From assembly GCA_965214095.1 (NCBI GenBank), contig OZ243938.1, positions 672,001-736,000 of the forward strand: DNA of 64,000 nt, in the 5' to 3' direction. The notes beneath the pieces are model-generated. The model saw nothing but the letters and a program-made list of their open reading frames with translations. It did not search any database and had not been told where the DNA came from. The position numbers and the translations under genes were made by a program. Shown here in pieces: positions 9,040-17,581 of the stretch. Source of the DNA: Candidatus Poribacteria bacterium. GTDB lineage: Bacteria; Poribacteria; WGA-4E; WGA-3G. Position 1 is the stretch's first letter. Each line of letters starts with the position of its first letter.

Positions 9040-11049
9040 ATGCACAAGAATATGAGAAACTATAAATCAAAATCAAACAAGTATGGATTAACTCTAAACT
9101 TTTTGGAGGTAGTTTTTGGGAAAAAAAGACTTTCTCTCCAAAAAGCAGAATACTCACATGATTTGTTTGTTGAATATAAGGAAAATCCGAATTTTTATAT
9201 CCACAGATATGATGATGGAATGTACGTCTGGGAACTTTGTCCAACAGACGAAGTATTGCCCAATTCTTTCAGCGAAGCAGAGGTAACAATAGAACACCAT
9301 GCTCCAATTTTCACCAAAATTATAGAACGTGCTATTGTTACTTTTTTTATTAATAATAATTATAAAGTTTCCAAACGTCGATATTCTTCAATATGGGAAG
9401 TCGAACTTAAAAAGGAAGATGAAGGAAGTTTTAATGCTTTGGTTGTACGACCAACTATAGTGTTTTCCTTAAGAAACTTGTACTCAAAATTGGAAAGTAG
9501 ACAAGTTGTTGCTCTCACTATTAGAAAACGAGGAAAACCAATTTTTACTGGAAGTGAAGAAGAAATTAAAACACAATTAACAGACACACGTGGATTGACA
9601 CGTAACCGTGATGAAAATTTCGTTGCATCACGGGACAATCTAAAAAGATACCTAGAAGCTACAGGGCAGATGCAAGACTATGAAAGTTTCCTTAGTGAAA
9701 TGGAAAAACCACAAAACGAATTTTCATATCTTAAACAATGTCCAGCATCCTTTAATAAAATTGCTCCAAATTTGCACCTTCCAAATGAATTGGAAGTCTC
9801 AAACTTTTTACTTGTTAATCTTCCAAGTGCTTCTTTTGAATCTACTGTGATTGACAAACCAAAATACTATTTTTACAACGAAGGGACAAAAAGAGGATAT
9901 TATAACCAGGTTGTCTCTGAATTGAGACCTTATTCATACGATCTCTTTAGAAATAGAAAGTTGAATATCCTTGTAGTCTCTCCTGATGAATATGAGGGCA
10001 GTGTTGACGAGTATATGGTAACATTGAAGAAAAAGTTGCGAGATTTATTTCATTTGAAAGATGTTAAATTCCACTTCACGATGGTGAGGTTACCAGAAAC
10101 TTATCTTAGTGCTTTAAATAAGATAGATGTAAAGGATTACGATATTGCAATTATTATTTTATCTCAACGAGACAAAGATATTGAAAGTTCGCTTTCTCCA
10201 TATTTTTTGACAAAAGCAAAGCTATTAAACCAGCGACTTCCAACTCAAGATCTAACGATAGAGGTTCTGAGAAAGAGTGATTATATTATAGACAATAATA
10301 TTGCTCTAAATGTCTATTCTAAACTTGGTGGAATAGCGTGGACGATAGAAAAGTCCGAGAAAAACATTTCAGAGCTAATTATAGGGATTGGGTCTACAGT
10401 TGATGATAGTGGGGAACGAATTATTGGTTTTGCCAATGTTTTTGACTATAATGGAGCGTACCTTGTTGGAGACTGTAGCCAATTAAGTACATTAAACGAA
10501 TATACGAAAAATCTTGAAAATTATTTGGTAGAGACTTTAACACAATCATTTGAAAAGAAAGGTTTTACAGAGAGAGATAGTGTTAGACTCATATTCCATC
10601 TGTTTAAAGAAGCAGGAAAAAAGCATGAATTGAAGTCCATTGAAAATGTTCTAAAGCGTTTTAAAGATTACAATATACAATTTAGTTTAGTGCACCTTAG
10701 TTATGGGCACAATTTTAGAATGTTCAAGAATTGGGGAAATGATCGTCCCGATCGTGGCACATTTGTACAACTGTCTTCGCGACAAGCATTGCTTCATTTG
10801 GGTGGTAGATCAGTTGTACCAATACAAATACGGTTAGATAGAAGGTCAGAATATAGAGATCTTTACGAAATCACAAGACAAGTTCTTTATTTCACTCACC
10901 TTTCATATCGCACTTTTATTCCACCAAGTCAACCAGTTACCGTTAAATATCCAAATTTAATGGCGAAAATGGTTAGTGAACTCAAGAAAGTTCCAGGATG
11001 GGATTATTCAATTCTGAATCATTTGAACGAAAAGCTCTGGTTCATTTAA
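9040..11049 (+). CDS. Prokaryotic Argonaute, long-B type (catalytically inactive PIWI)
   Basis: About 669 aa. MID pocket residues Y/K/Q/K (SPYFLTKAKLL...PTQ...VYSKLGG). PIWI with a substituted tetrad: LIIGIGST, RLIFHLFK, PVTVKYPNLMA. Ends in KLWFI. These are RsAgo-like signatures. Confidence 0.85.
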   Translation: MHKNMRNYKSKSNKYGLTLNFLEVVFGKKRLSLQKAEYSHDLFVEYKENPNFYIHRYDDGMYVWELCPTDEVLPNSFSEAEVTIEHHAPIFTKIIERAIVTFFINNNYKVSKRRYSSIWEVELKKEDEGSFNALVVRPTIVFSLRNLYSKLESRQVVALTIRKRGKPIFTGSEEEIKTQLTDTRGLTRNRDENFVASRDNLKRYLEATGQMQDYESFLSEMEKPQNEFSYLKQCPASFNKIAPNLHLPNELEVSNFLLVNLPSASFESTVIDKPKYYFYNEGTKRGYYNQVVSELRPYSYDLFRNRKLNILVVSPDEYEGSVDEYMVTLKKKLRDLFHLKDVKFHFTMVRLPETYLSALNKIDVKDYDIAIIILSQRDKDIESSLSPYFLTKAKLLNQRLPTQDLTIEVLRKSDYIIDNNIALNVYSKLGGIAWTIEKSEKNISELIIGIGSTVDDSGERIIGFANVFDYNGAYLVGDCSQLSTLNEYTKNLENYLVETLTQSFEKKGFTERDSVRLIFHLFKEAGKKHELKSIENVLKRFKDYNIQFSLVHLSYGHNFRMFKNWGNDRPDRGTFVQLSSRQALLHLGGRSVVPIQIRLDRRSEYRDLYEITRQVLYFTHLSYRTFIPPSQPVTVKYPNLMAKMVSELKKVPGWDYSILNHLNEKLWFI

Positions 11050-11967
11050 ATGTTAATAATTGAAGAATTTAAAAGATATAAACAGTATTATCTTGATCGG
11101 TCAAGTCCAAAGCAAGAGATATTTTACAAGTTTTTAAATAGAGAGACGTTGTTAGATTTTCTAACTAAAGAAGATCTGACAGATATTGAACAGATGTGTC
11201 TTTCCATTTTCTGCACTGATGTCCCTTCTAGAAAAAAATTGATAGAAAGGAAAAGGAAGGAAAAAGTAATTGGAGGAATGCACTACACAAGGAATTTAAT
11301 TGAACTCACAGCGATGGCGATTGATGATTTGAAACAAGAAGAGGATAATTTGAAAACATATTGCCAAGACAACCCTACAAGACATTTTTTTATACTCAAT
11401 CAATTGTTTCCTGATCTTACATTCTATCGAGCGGATCCACAAGGAAGTGTTGACCAAATTGCATTACATCTCTGCCAAAAAGACTTACCAAAAGAAGGAT
11501 GGAAAACTCTTTTGATCAATGCACTTTACGAAATATCAGATTTGAATGACTTCTATGTGGTTGAACAAGGATATCACCAAGCAATGGATGATCATCCCAT
11601 TATCCACCAAGTAAACGATATCCTTTATGTGAAAAATGACTGCGAGAGGTTTGTTAAAAAAACTGAACGTAATGTAAAACTCGCTATAGGGCTAGTGCTC
11701 TTTCTACTGCTGGTGGGTATATGTTTTTTAGTTCCAACAATTCGCGAAAAATGGAATGAAGTTGAACCAATTTTTGGCGTAACTGGGGTTTTCTTATTTC
11801 TAATCGTAGAATTAATTTTTATTTTTCGCGGAAAAATTCTAGACCGAACAAAATTCACTAAGATGCTTATAGAAAAGATCACCAACTTTGTATTTAAAAA
11901 GAAGGGATGTAATCGTCTACAGTTAAAAGAAAGTTTATGTCGCCTAGTAAATGTGGGTGAAAAATAA
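11050..11967 (+). CDS. Hypothetical protein with two C-terminal transmembrane helices; putative pAgo-associated membrane effector
   Basis: The ATG directly follows the pAgo stop (TAA-ATG, zero gap). About 205-aa soluble N-terminus, then hydrophobic LAIGLVLFLLLVGICFLV and IFGVTGVFLFLIVELIFIF and a basic tail. Confidence 0.65.
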   Translation: MLIIEEFKRYKQYYLDRSSPKQEIFYKFLNRETLLDFLTKEDLTDIEQMCLSIFCTDVPSRKKLIERKRKEKVIGGMHYTRNLIELTAMAIDDLKQEEDNLKTYCQDNPTRHFFILNQLFPDLTFYRADPQGSVDQIALHLCQKDLPKEGWKTLLINALYEISDLNDFYVVEQGYHQAMDDHPIIHQVNDILYVKNDCERFVKKTERNVKLAIGLVLFLLLVGICFLVPTIREKWNEVEPIFGVTGVFLFLIVELIFIFRGKILDRTKFTKMLIEKITNFVFKKKGCNRLQLKESLCRLVNVGEK

Positions 11968-12107
11968 AACTTCTATTGTAAGTGTTATTATTCACTACTA
12001 TTGTTGTGTAAGTATGATATAACAAATTCTCTGTTATCCTTCATTCATACCTTCAAATAAGAAATGTTTGTCACTTTCCTATCAACACCACCCACCAAAA
12101 ACTTCCC

Positions 12108-12137
12108 TTGACAAACCGCCAGTCCCTCAAGTATAAT
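12108..12137 (+). promoter_or_regulatory. Consensus sigma70 promoter, copy 1 of 4
   Basis: TTGACA-N18-TATAAT; homologous copies at 13597, 17514 and 20149. Confidence 0.7.
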
Positions 12138-12174
12138 CAATAAAACAACCGGAAACCGAGGCACAACACACAGC

Positions 12175-12266
12175 ATGGCACAATATGACGAAATCGTGAA
12201 GCATCTGATGCACCAGTACGCCAATGAGTTCGCCATGCTATCCTTTAGCACACCCGATGTCCAAGT
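12175..12266 (+). pseudogene. 5' fragment of an Rpn-family gene
   Basis: Encodes MAQYDEIVKHLMHQYANEFAMLSFSTPDVQV, nearly identical to the start of 13665; homology then ends. Confidence 0.8.
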
Positions 12267-12330
12267 TTTCAGGGTTTTTTGTTCAATATTATTCACAATC
12301 GTTAATCTTCTTGTGGGTATGTATTCCTAT

Positions 12331-12517
12331 TTGTCTGAAGCATGATTAGTAGATGGACAGGATAGATACTTGGTGTTTCTAAGTGCCACTGAAAAGAAAA
12401 AGGTAATCATTTAGACAGGCACTTCGGCGTGACAAACTCTAATCCCGGGGAATGCCAAAAGGCATTCATACCGTTGATTTGAAAATCTACTAATCCTGAA
12501 AATCCTGGTTCAGAGAA
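12331..12517. mobile_element. MITE-like element family 3 (copy without the nested insert)
   Basis: Imperfect inverted ends TTGTCTGAAGCATGATT ... AATCCTGGTTCAGAGAA; homologous to 14944-15269. Confidence 0.55.
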
Positions 12518-12532
12518 TAAAAAGAGGAAATC

Positions 12533-12778
12533 ATGCAAGAATCTCCATTTTACGAACTAATTATACAACGTGGTGTTCAACAAGGTGCACGTGAAAATTC
12601 CATCAAGAATATCCTATCTGTGCTCACTGAGCGTTTTCCACAGAGCGATGTGCAACCAGTGGCGGAAGCACTTGAATCTATTCAAGACATTGATCGTTTG
12701 ACAGAGCTTCATCGAACAGCAGTCCGGACATTTAACGTTGAAACGTTCCTGCAAGAAATTGACAAACAGGAAGTGTAA
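12533..12778 (+). CDS. Stand-alone Rpn C-terminal domain (RpnS-like small protein)
   Basis: 81 aa MQESPFYELIIQRG..., homologous to the C-termini of both full rpn genes; has its own RBS AAAGAGGAAATC-ATG. Confidence 0.7.
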   Translation: MQESPFYELIIQRGVQQGARENSIKNILSVLTERFPQSDVQPVAEALESIQDIDRLTELHRTAVRTFNVETFLQEIDKQEV

Positions 12779-12958
12779 TACCAAATCAACCTAAATCGTA
12801 GGGGCAGGGTTCCCCTGTCCATCCGTGTTCTCAGTATCAAGAATAATACAGAGCTCGTTAATTTGGTATAATACTTCCTCTGTCTGAACGATCTCCGAAC
12901 GGATGACAAACATAGACTAATCCGTCAACGCATCAATCCCACACACGGCAAATATCCA

Positions 12959-13466
12959 TCAGGACTCGTTGCTATAGCGGGTGTCTTCGCTAACGACTTC
13001 TTCTGTGGTTCCGTTCAAAAACTCTGATAGCAGTTGCGTTTTTTTACCGCCACAGTCGTTCAGATGGACAACAGTGACTTCCTCAGGGTCACTTGCTGCC
13101 TCTATATCTTCAAATATCAGCATCGTCATAGAATGGGTTTTGTATCTTGAGAAGCTGCTGGAATGCTTTGACCTCCTCTTTCATCTCAGCGATTTTGTGT
13201 ATCCTCTCAAGATACCTATACTACACATGTGTGCGAGCATTTTCCACACGGAGATATAGATCCAGTTTCTTTTTCTCATTGGTATTGAGATCACTTTTCT
13301 TAATCTTGCCATCTTCAAGCTGCTGCTTGTATTCCTCTCCGTCTCTCAACCAGTTCCGAAGAGTCTGGTAAGTGATCCCACAATAGGCTGCAATGCGATG
13401 CAGCGGGAGATTGGATACTTCCACAACAGTCACGATTCGTTCTGCGATAATCGGTGTTAATTTCAT
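12959..13466 (-). pseudogene. HTH protein resembling phage terminase small subunits, pseudogene copy 1
   Basis: MKLTPIIAERIV...IAAYCGITYQTLRNWLRDG HTH. In-frame TAG at 13221-13223, plus an extra base near 13112 relative to copy 2. Confidence 0.5.
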
Positions 13467-13596
13467 AATAATGATATTATAGCATGAAAAAAGCCACTAA
13501 CAGGTGGCAGCTCCGAATTCTGTTTACGCTGCTATATTTTAGAAACAGATTTTTGATTTCAGTAAGAATATTGGTTCCCCTCAGTTGAATCTTTCC

Positions 13597-13626
13597 TTGA
13601 CAAATCACCGCCCCATCAAGTATAAT
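13597..13626 (+). promoter_or_regulatory. Consensus sigma70 promoter, copy 2 (upstream of rpn)
   Basis: TTGACA-N18-TATAAT, 38 nt upstream of the rpn ATG. Confidence 0.7.
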
Positions 13627-13664
13627 CAATAAAACAACCAAAGAACCGAGGCATAACACACAGC

Positions 13665-14549
13665 ATGGCACAATATGACGAAATCGTGAAGCATCTGATG
13701 CACCAGTACGCCAATGAGTTTGCCATGCTATCCTTTGGCACACCCGATGTCCAAGTATTAGAGACACTTGACACCGAACATCAAAAGATTAAGGTGCATC
13801 GCAATGATATGACATTTAAAGTGCTATGGCACAATGAGACAGTCCTTCTACATATAGAGGTGCAAACGGAGGATAGTAGAGATAAACCGATGCCGTTCCG
13901 GATGCTCTCTTATGCGAGTGAACTTCTATTACGTCATGAACTTCCCGTATATTCGGTAGTGATATATTTGAGTCCAAATGCAGGGCAGACCGACCCAGGC
14001 GGTTATAGTTATGGAAATGATGTGTTCGGTTTGCAGCATAAATATCAGGTAATTCGGTTGGCGGATTTAGAAGGGGAAGCGTTTTTGGAAGCAGCATCGG
14101 TTGGACTGCTACCGTTTACGCCTTTAATGAAGCCACCAGAGGGTATCAACACAGAAGCCTGGTTGCAAAGATGTGTTGAGAAGACAGAAGCCGCACCCGT
14201 TGACACACAGACGCGTGGAACACTGTTGTTTGCCCTATCTCTATTAGGTGGTTTAGTCCATGACCCAAGTTTTTTTGAAAAACTTATAACGGAGGAAATC
14301 ATGCAAGAATCTCCTTATTATGAACTGCTTGCGCAGCGAATCTATGAACGAACTGCCCGTGAAACTTCTATCAATTATATTCTATCTGTGCTTACAAAAC
14401 GTTTTCCGTTGAGCGATGTACAACCTGTAGCGGAAGTACTGGAATCTATTCATGACCTTGATAGATTAACAGAGCTGCATCTCACTGCAATTGACATACC
14501 AAGTGTTGAGACATTCTTACAAACAATTGTTAGAACTTATAGCGAGTAA
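13665..14549 (+). CDS. Rpn family recombination-promoting nuclease / PD-(D/E)XK putative transposase
   Basis: YDEIVKHL, RNDMTF, LLHIEVQT, MPFRMLSY and VYSVVIYL motifs. Internal GGAGG RBS before M(14301)QESP. Confidence 0.85.
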   Translation: MAQYDEIVKHLMHQYANEFAMLSFGTPDVQVLETLDTEHQKIKVHRNDMTFKVLWHNETVLLHIEVQTEDSRDKPMPFRMLSYASELLLRHELPVYSVVIYLSPNAGQTDPGGYSYGNDVFGLQHKYQVIRLADLEGEAFLEAASVGLLPFTPLMKPPEGINTEAWLQRCVEKTEAAPVDTQTRGTLLFALSLLGGLVHDPSFFEKLITEEIMQESPYYELLAQRIYERTARETSINYILSVLTKRFPLSDVQPVAEVLESIHDLDRLTELHLTAIDIPSVETFLQTIVRTYSE

Positions 14550-14702
14550 GAGCTAAGAACTCAAATTAAATAGGTATCTGAAGTGGCAAGAATGGGACAT
14601 AAAGTCTATCCTTTTCTTTCCTTATTTTACCGAATCCTTATGTTTTACTCAATATGACTTCTTACATAAATCACCTTGGCAAGAATGAAATCACGCCCCC
14701 TA

Positions 14703-14760
14703 ATGCAACCCAAAATCACCGTCATCGGCAGTGCAAACGTTGACCGCGTCATCTGCACAG
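14703..14760 (+). pseudogene. 5' fragment of ribokinase (rbsK), copy 1
   Basis: Encodes MQPKITVIGSANVDRVICT versus intact RbsK MQQPKITVLGSANVDLVIRT. Confidence 0.8.
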
Positions 14761-14787
14761 TCTTTAGGAAAAGGTACAACACACAGC

Positions 14788-14879
14788 ATAGCACAATATG
14801 ACGAAATCGTGAAGCATTTGATGCACCAGTACGCCAATGAGTTCGCCATGCTATCCTTTGGCACGCAGGATGTCCAAGT
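14788..14879 (+). pseudogene. 5' fragment of an Rpn-family gene (ATG changed to ATA)
   Basis: Same sequence and same breakpoint as 12175-12266. Confidence 0.8.
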
Positions 14880-14943
14880 CTTCAGGGTTTTTTGTTCAAT
14901 ATTATTCACAATCGTTAATCTTCTTGTAGGTATGTCCTCCTAT

Positions 14944-15269
14944 TTGTCTGAACCAGGATTAGTAGATGGACAGGATAGATACTTGGTGTTTCTAAGAGCC
15001 ACTCAAAAGAAAAGGTAATCATTTAGACAGGCACTTCGGCGAGACAAACTCTAATTCCGGGGAATGCCTAATGAAGATTAATTTATTAAACGGGTAATTC
15101 TCATTTTCTCAAACCCGGTAGGAGCGGTTTCCTAACCGCTCCGGACTTCTCAAGGAAATTACCTGATTTATTTCTTAATCTTCATCAGGCGTTCATACCG
15201 TTGATTTCTTGATTTGAAAATCTACTAATCCTGAAAATCTACTAATCCTGAAAATCCTGGTTCAGACAA
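14944..15269. mobile_element. MITE-like element family 3 with a nested 125-bp element (15066-15190)
   Basis: Perfect 17-bp inverted ends TTGTCTGAACCAGGATT / AATCCTGGTTCAGACAA. The nested unit is bounded by GCCTAATGAAGATTAA / TTAATCTTCATCAGGC and contains the REP GTAGGAGCGGTTTCCTAACCGCTCC. Confidence 0.65.
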
Positions 15270-15320
15270 TAAAAAGAGGAAATGATGAGATCTACTCAGT
15301 TTGCGTCCGTCCTGATATTA

Positions 15321-16394
15321 TTACTTTGCCTCTTTTGACACAGTCTCCTCACCTTTCTGAACCACATTCTCATCAGAAAGCACATCCGAAGCAGGCGCAT
15401 TCAGTGCCGCAACCTTAGGCGGCGCAAACGACTGCATTTCAGATGAACCAATCGCATCAGACGACTCCACACCCAGCATTTCCAAAGTATTATGCTCCTT
15501 CAAAGAATCCAACTGATCCCGATAAACAGGATCACGCGTCAACGTAAACAAACCCGCTACCGTCTTAACAATCGCATTCGATAACGACACCAAATCCCTC
15601 GGATCCTTCGCAGAATCTCGCGCCTCAACCAACTTTTCATAATGATCCGACAACGCCTGAACCTGCTCCACTACCGTCGACATCGGTATACCCGTCAACG
15701 CCTGCTGAAAAAGTTCACGCTCATCATCCCAAACACACCGATATTTCTTCGGAAAACGAGGATTAGACGATTTCAAATATACTAACTGCGGATGAAGATA
15801 CCTACGAAGCCGATCCATACCGCAAACATCCTCAAACTTCCATGACGCAAACGGCGACAAATCATCATCCGAAAAAATCAAATCAGTAATCACCGCTGTC
15901 GTAGACAATCCACGTGCATGCCCCCGTACAGCTACCTCCCGCAACGAAGGCAAAAGACACTTACGATAATACGGATAAAGCAGATCGTCCATCCATTCCC
16001 GACACGCTTCTTTGTAATCAATGAAAATGCCGGTATAGTCACGAAACGGTTCCCGGTCATAATAATTTCTATAACCATCGTGAATTTTTCTATAGTTAAC
16101 TTCTCCTTTGATACCCACACCGATTTTGTCCTTATCTTCCACACACTTACGATACCCAATCAAACACATCATCCAAGACATATCTTTCATCGTCATATAA
16201 CCCAAACCAAAAAATTCCTCCTGCACCGACAAAGGCATCTCTGATGGAAGACTTTGCTCCAAAACACACGGATGATACAACGCAAATGCCTCCTCTAATT
16301 CCAGAAAACCAACCCCCATCGCTTCAAACATATTTTCAATAGATGCCGGTTCTTCTACATGTTTTGTCCAATAAGACTTCAACTTCTTATTCAT
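15321..16394 (-). CDS. Hypothetical protein
   Basis: 357-aa ORF with a GGAG RBS upstream on the minus strand; no recognisable motif. A deleted relic lies at about 19543-19600. Confidence 0.65.
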   Translation of the reverse strand: MNKKLKSYWTKHVEEPASIENMFEAMGVGFLELEEAFALYHPCVLEQSLPSEMPLSVQEEFFGLGYMTMKDMSWMMCLIGYRKCVEDKDKIGVGIKGEVNYRKIHDGYRNYYDREPFRDYTGIFIDYKEACREWMDDLLYPYYRKCLLPSLREVAVRGHARGLSTTAVITDLIFSDDDLSPFASWKFEDVCGMDRLRRYLHPQLVYLKSSNPRFPKKYRCVWDDERELFQQALTGIPMSTVVEQVQALSDHYEKLVEARDSAKDPRDLVSLSNAIVKTVAGLFTLTRDPVYRDQLDSLKEHNTLEMLGVESSDAIGSSEMQSFAPPKVAALNAPASDVLSDENVVQKGEETVSKEAK

Positions 16395-16403
16395 TTCTCA
16401 CTC

Positions 16404-16630
16404 CTATAAATCAAAATTTGATGATGTCAGAGACGTAGTCTCCTTACAAAGTTCAAGAATCCGTTCACGATTATTGACTTCCGCGCCACTTTCTAACTTC
16501 ACACTATGTTTTCGTACCACTCCTTTTTGACCACGCACTACACGCTTACACGCCAAATAATGCTTACGAGACCCACGAGTCCGCCTGCCGAACTCACGAA
16601 GCAAACATTCATAAGGTGTATCAACGGCAT
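16404..16630 (-). pseudogene. 3' remnant of the HTH gene at 19610-19990
   Basis: NAVDTPYECLLREFGRRTR...TSSNFD is near-identical to the C-terminus of 19610-19990; the 5' part is replaced by the 1.6-kb repeat. Confidence 0.7.
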
Positions 16631-16876
16631 TAAACAGCAGTCCGGACATTCAACGTTGAAACGTTCCTGCAAGAAATTGACAAACAGGAAGTGTAATACC
16701 AAATCAACCTAAATCGTAGGGGCAGGGTTCCCCTGTCCATCCGTGTTCTCAGTATCAAGAATAATACAGAGCTCGTTAATTTGGTATAATACTTCCTCTG
16801 TCTGAACGATCTCCGAACGGATGACAAACATAGACTAATCCGTCAACGCATCAATCCCACACACAGCAAATATCCA

Positions 16877-17383
16877 TCAGGACTCGTTGCTATAGCGGGT
16901 GTCTTCGCTAACGACTTCTTCTGTGGTTCCGTTCAAAAACTCTGATAGCAGTTGCGGTTTTTTACCGCCACAGTCGTTCAGATGGACAACAGTGACTACC
17001 TCAGGGTCACTTGCTGCCTCTATATCTTCAATATCAGCATCGTCATAGAATGGGTTTTGTATCTTGAGAAGCTGCTGAAATGCTTTGACCTCCTCTTTCA
17101 TCTCAGCGATTTTGTGTATCCTCTCAAGATACCTATACTACACATGTGTGCGAGCATTTTCCACACGGAGATATAGATCCAGTTTCTTTTTCTGTTTAGT
17201 ATTGAGATCACTTTTCTTTATCTTCCCATCTTCAAGCTGCTGCTTGTATTCTTCTCCGTCTCTCAACCAGTTCCGAAGAGTCTGGTAAGTGATCCCACAA
17301 TAGGCTGCAATGCGATGCAACGGGAGATTGGATACTTCCACAGCAGTCACGATTCGTTCTGCGATAGTTGGTGTTAATTTCAT
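16877..17383 (-). pseudogene. HTH protein resembling phage terminase small subunits, copy 2 (single in-frame amber)
   Basis: ORFs 17138-17383 and 16877-17101 are in the same frame and form one 168-codon frame interrupted only by the TAG at 17138-17140. Confidence 0.55.
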
Positions 17384-17513
17384 AATAATGATATTATAGC
17401 ATGAAAAAAGCCACTAACAGGTGGCAGCTCCGAATTCTGTTTACGCAACATTATTTTAGAAACAGATTTTTGATTTCAGTAAGAATATTGGTTTCTCTCA
17501 GTTGAATCTTTCC

Positions 17514-17543
17514 TTGACAAATCACCGCCCCATCAAGTATAAT
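17514..17543 (+). promoter_or_regulatory. Consensus sigma70 promoter, copy 3 (upstream of rpn)
   Basis: TTGACA-N18-TATAAT. Confidence 0.7.
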
Positions 17544-17581
17544 CAATAAAACAACCAAAGAACCGAGGCATAACACACTGC

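Larger units (their letters stand above)
12715..14314 (+). repeat. About 1.6-kb direct repeat, copy 1 (copy 2 at 16633-18231)
   Basis: Near-identical sequence at an offset of 3918/3917 (one indel). Covers the HTH pseudogene, the promoter and the rpn nuclease domain. Confidence 0.9.

Noticed and set aside
9040-11049. Active long-A Argonaute or short pAgo (SPARTA/SPARSA)
   Set aside because: The tetrad acidic residues are absent, the protein has a long N-terminal region, and there is no APAZ-TIR/Sir2 partner.
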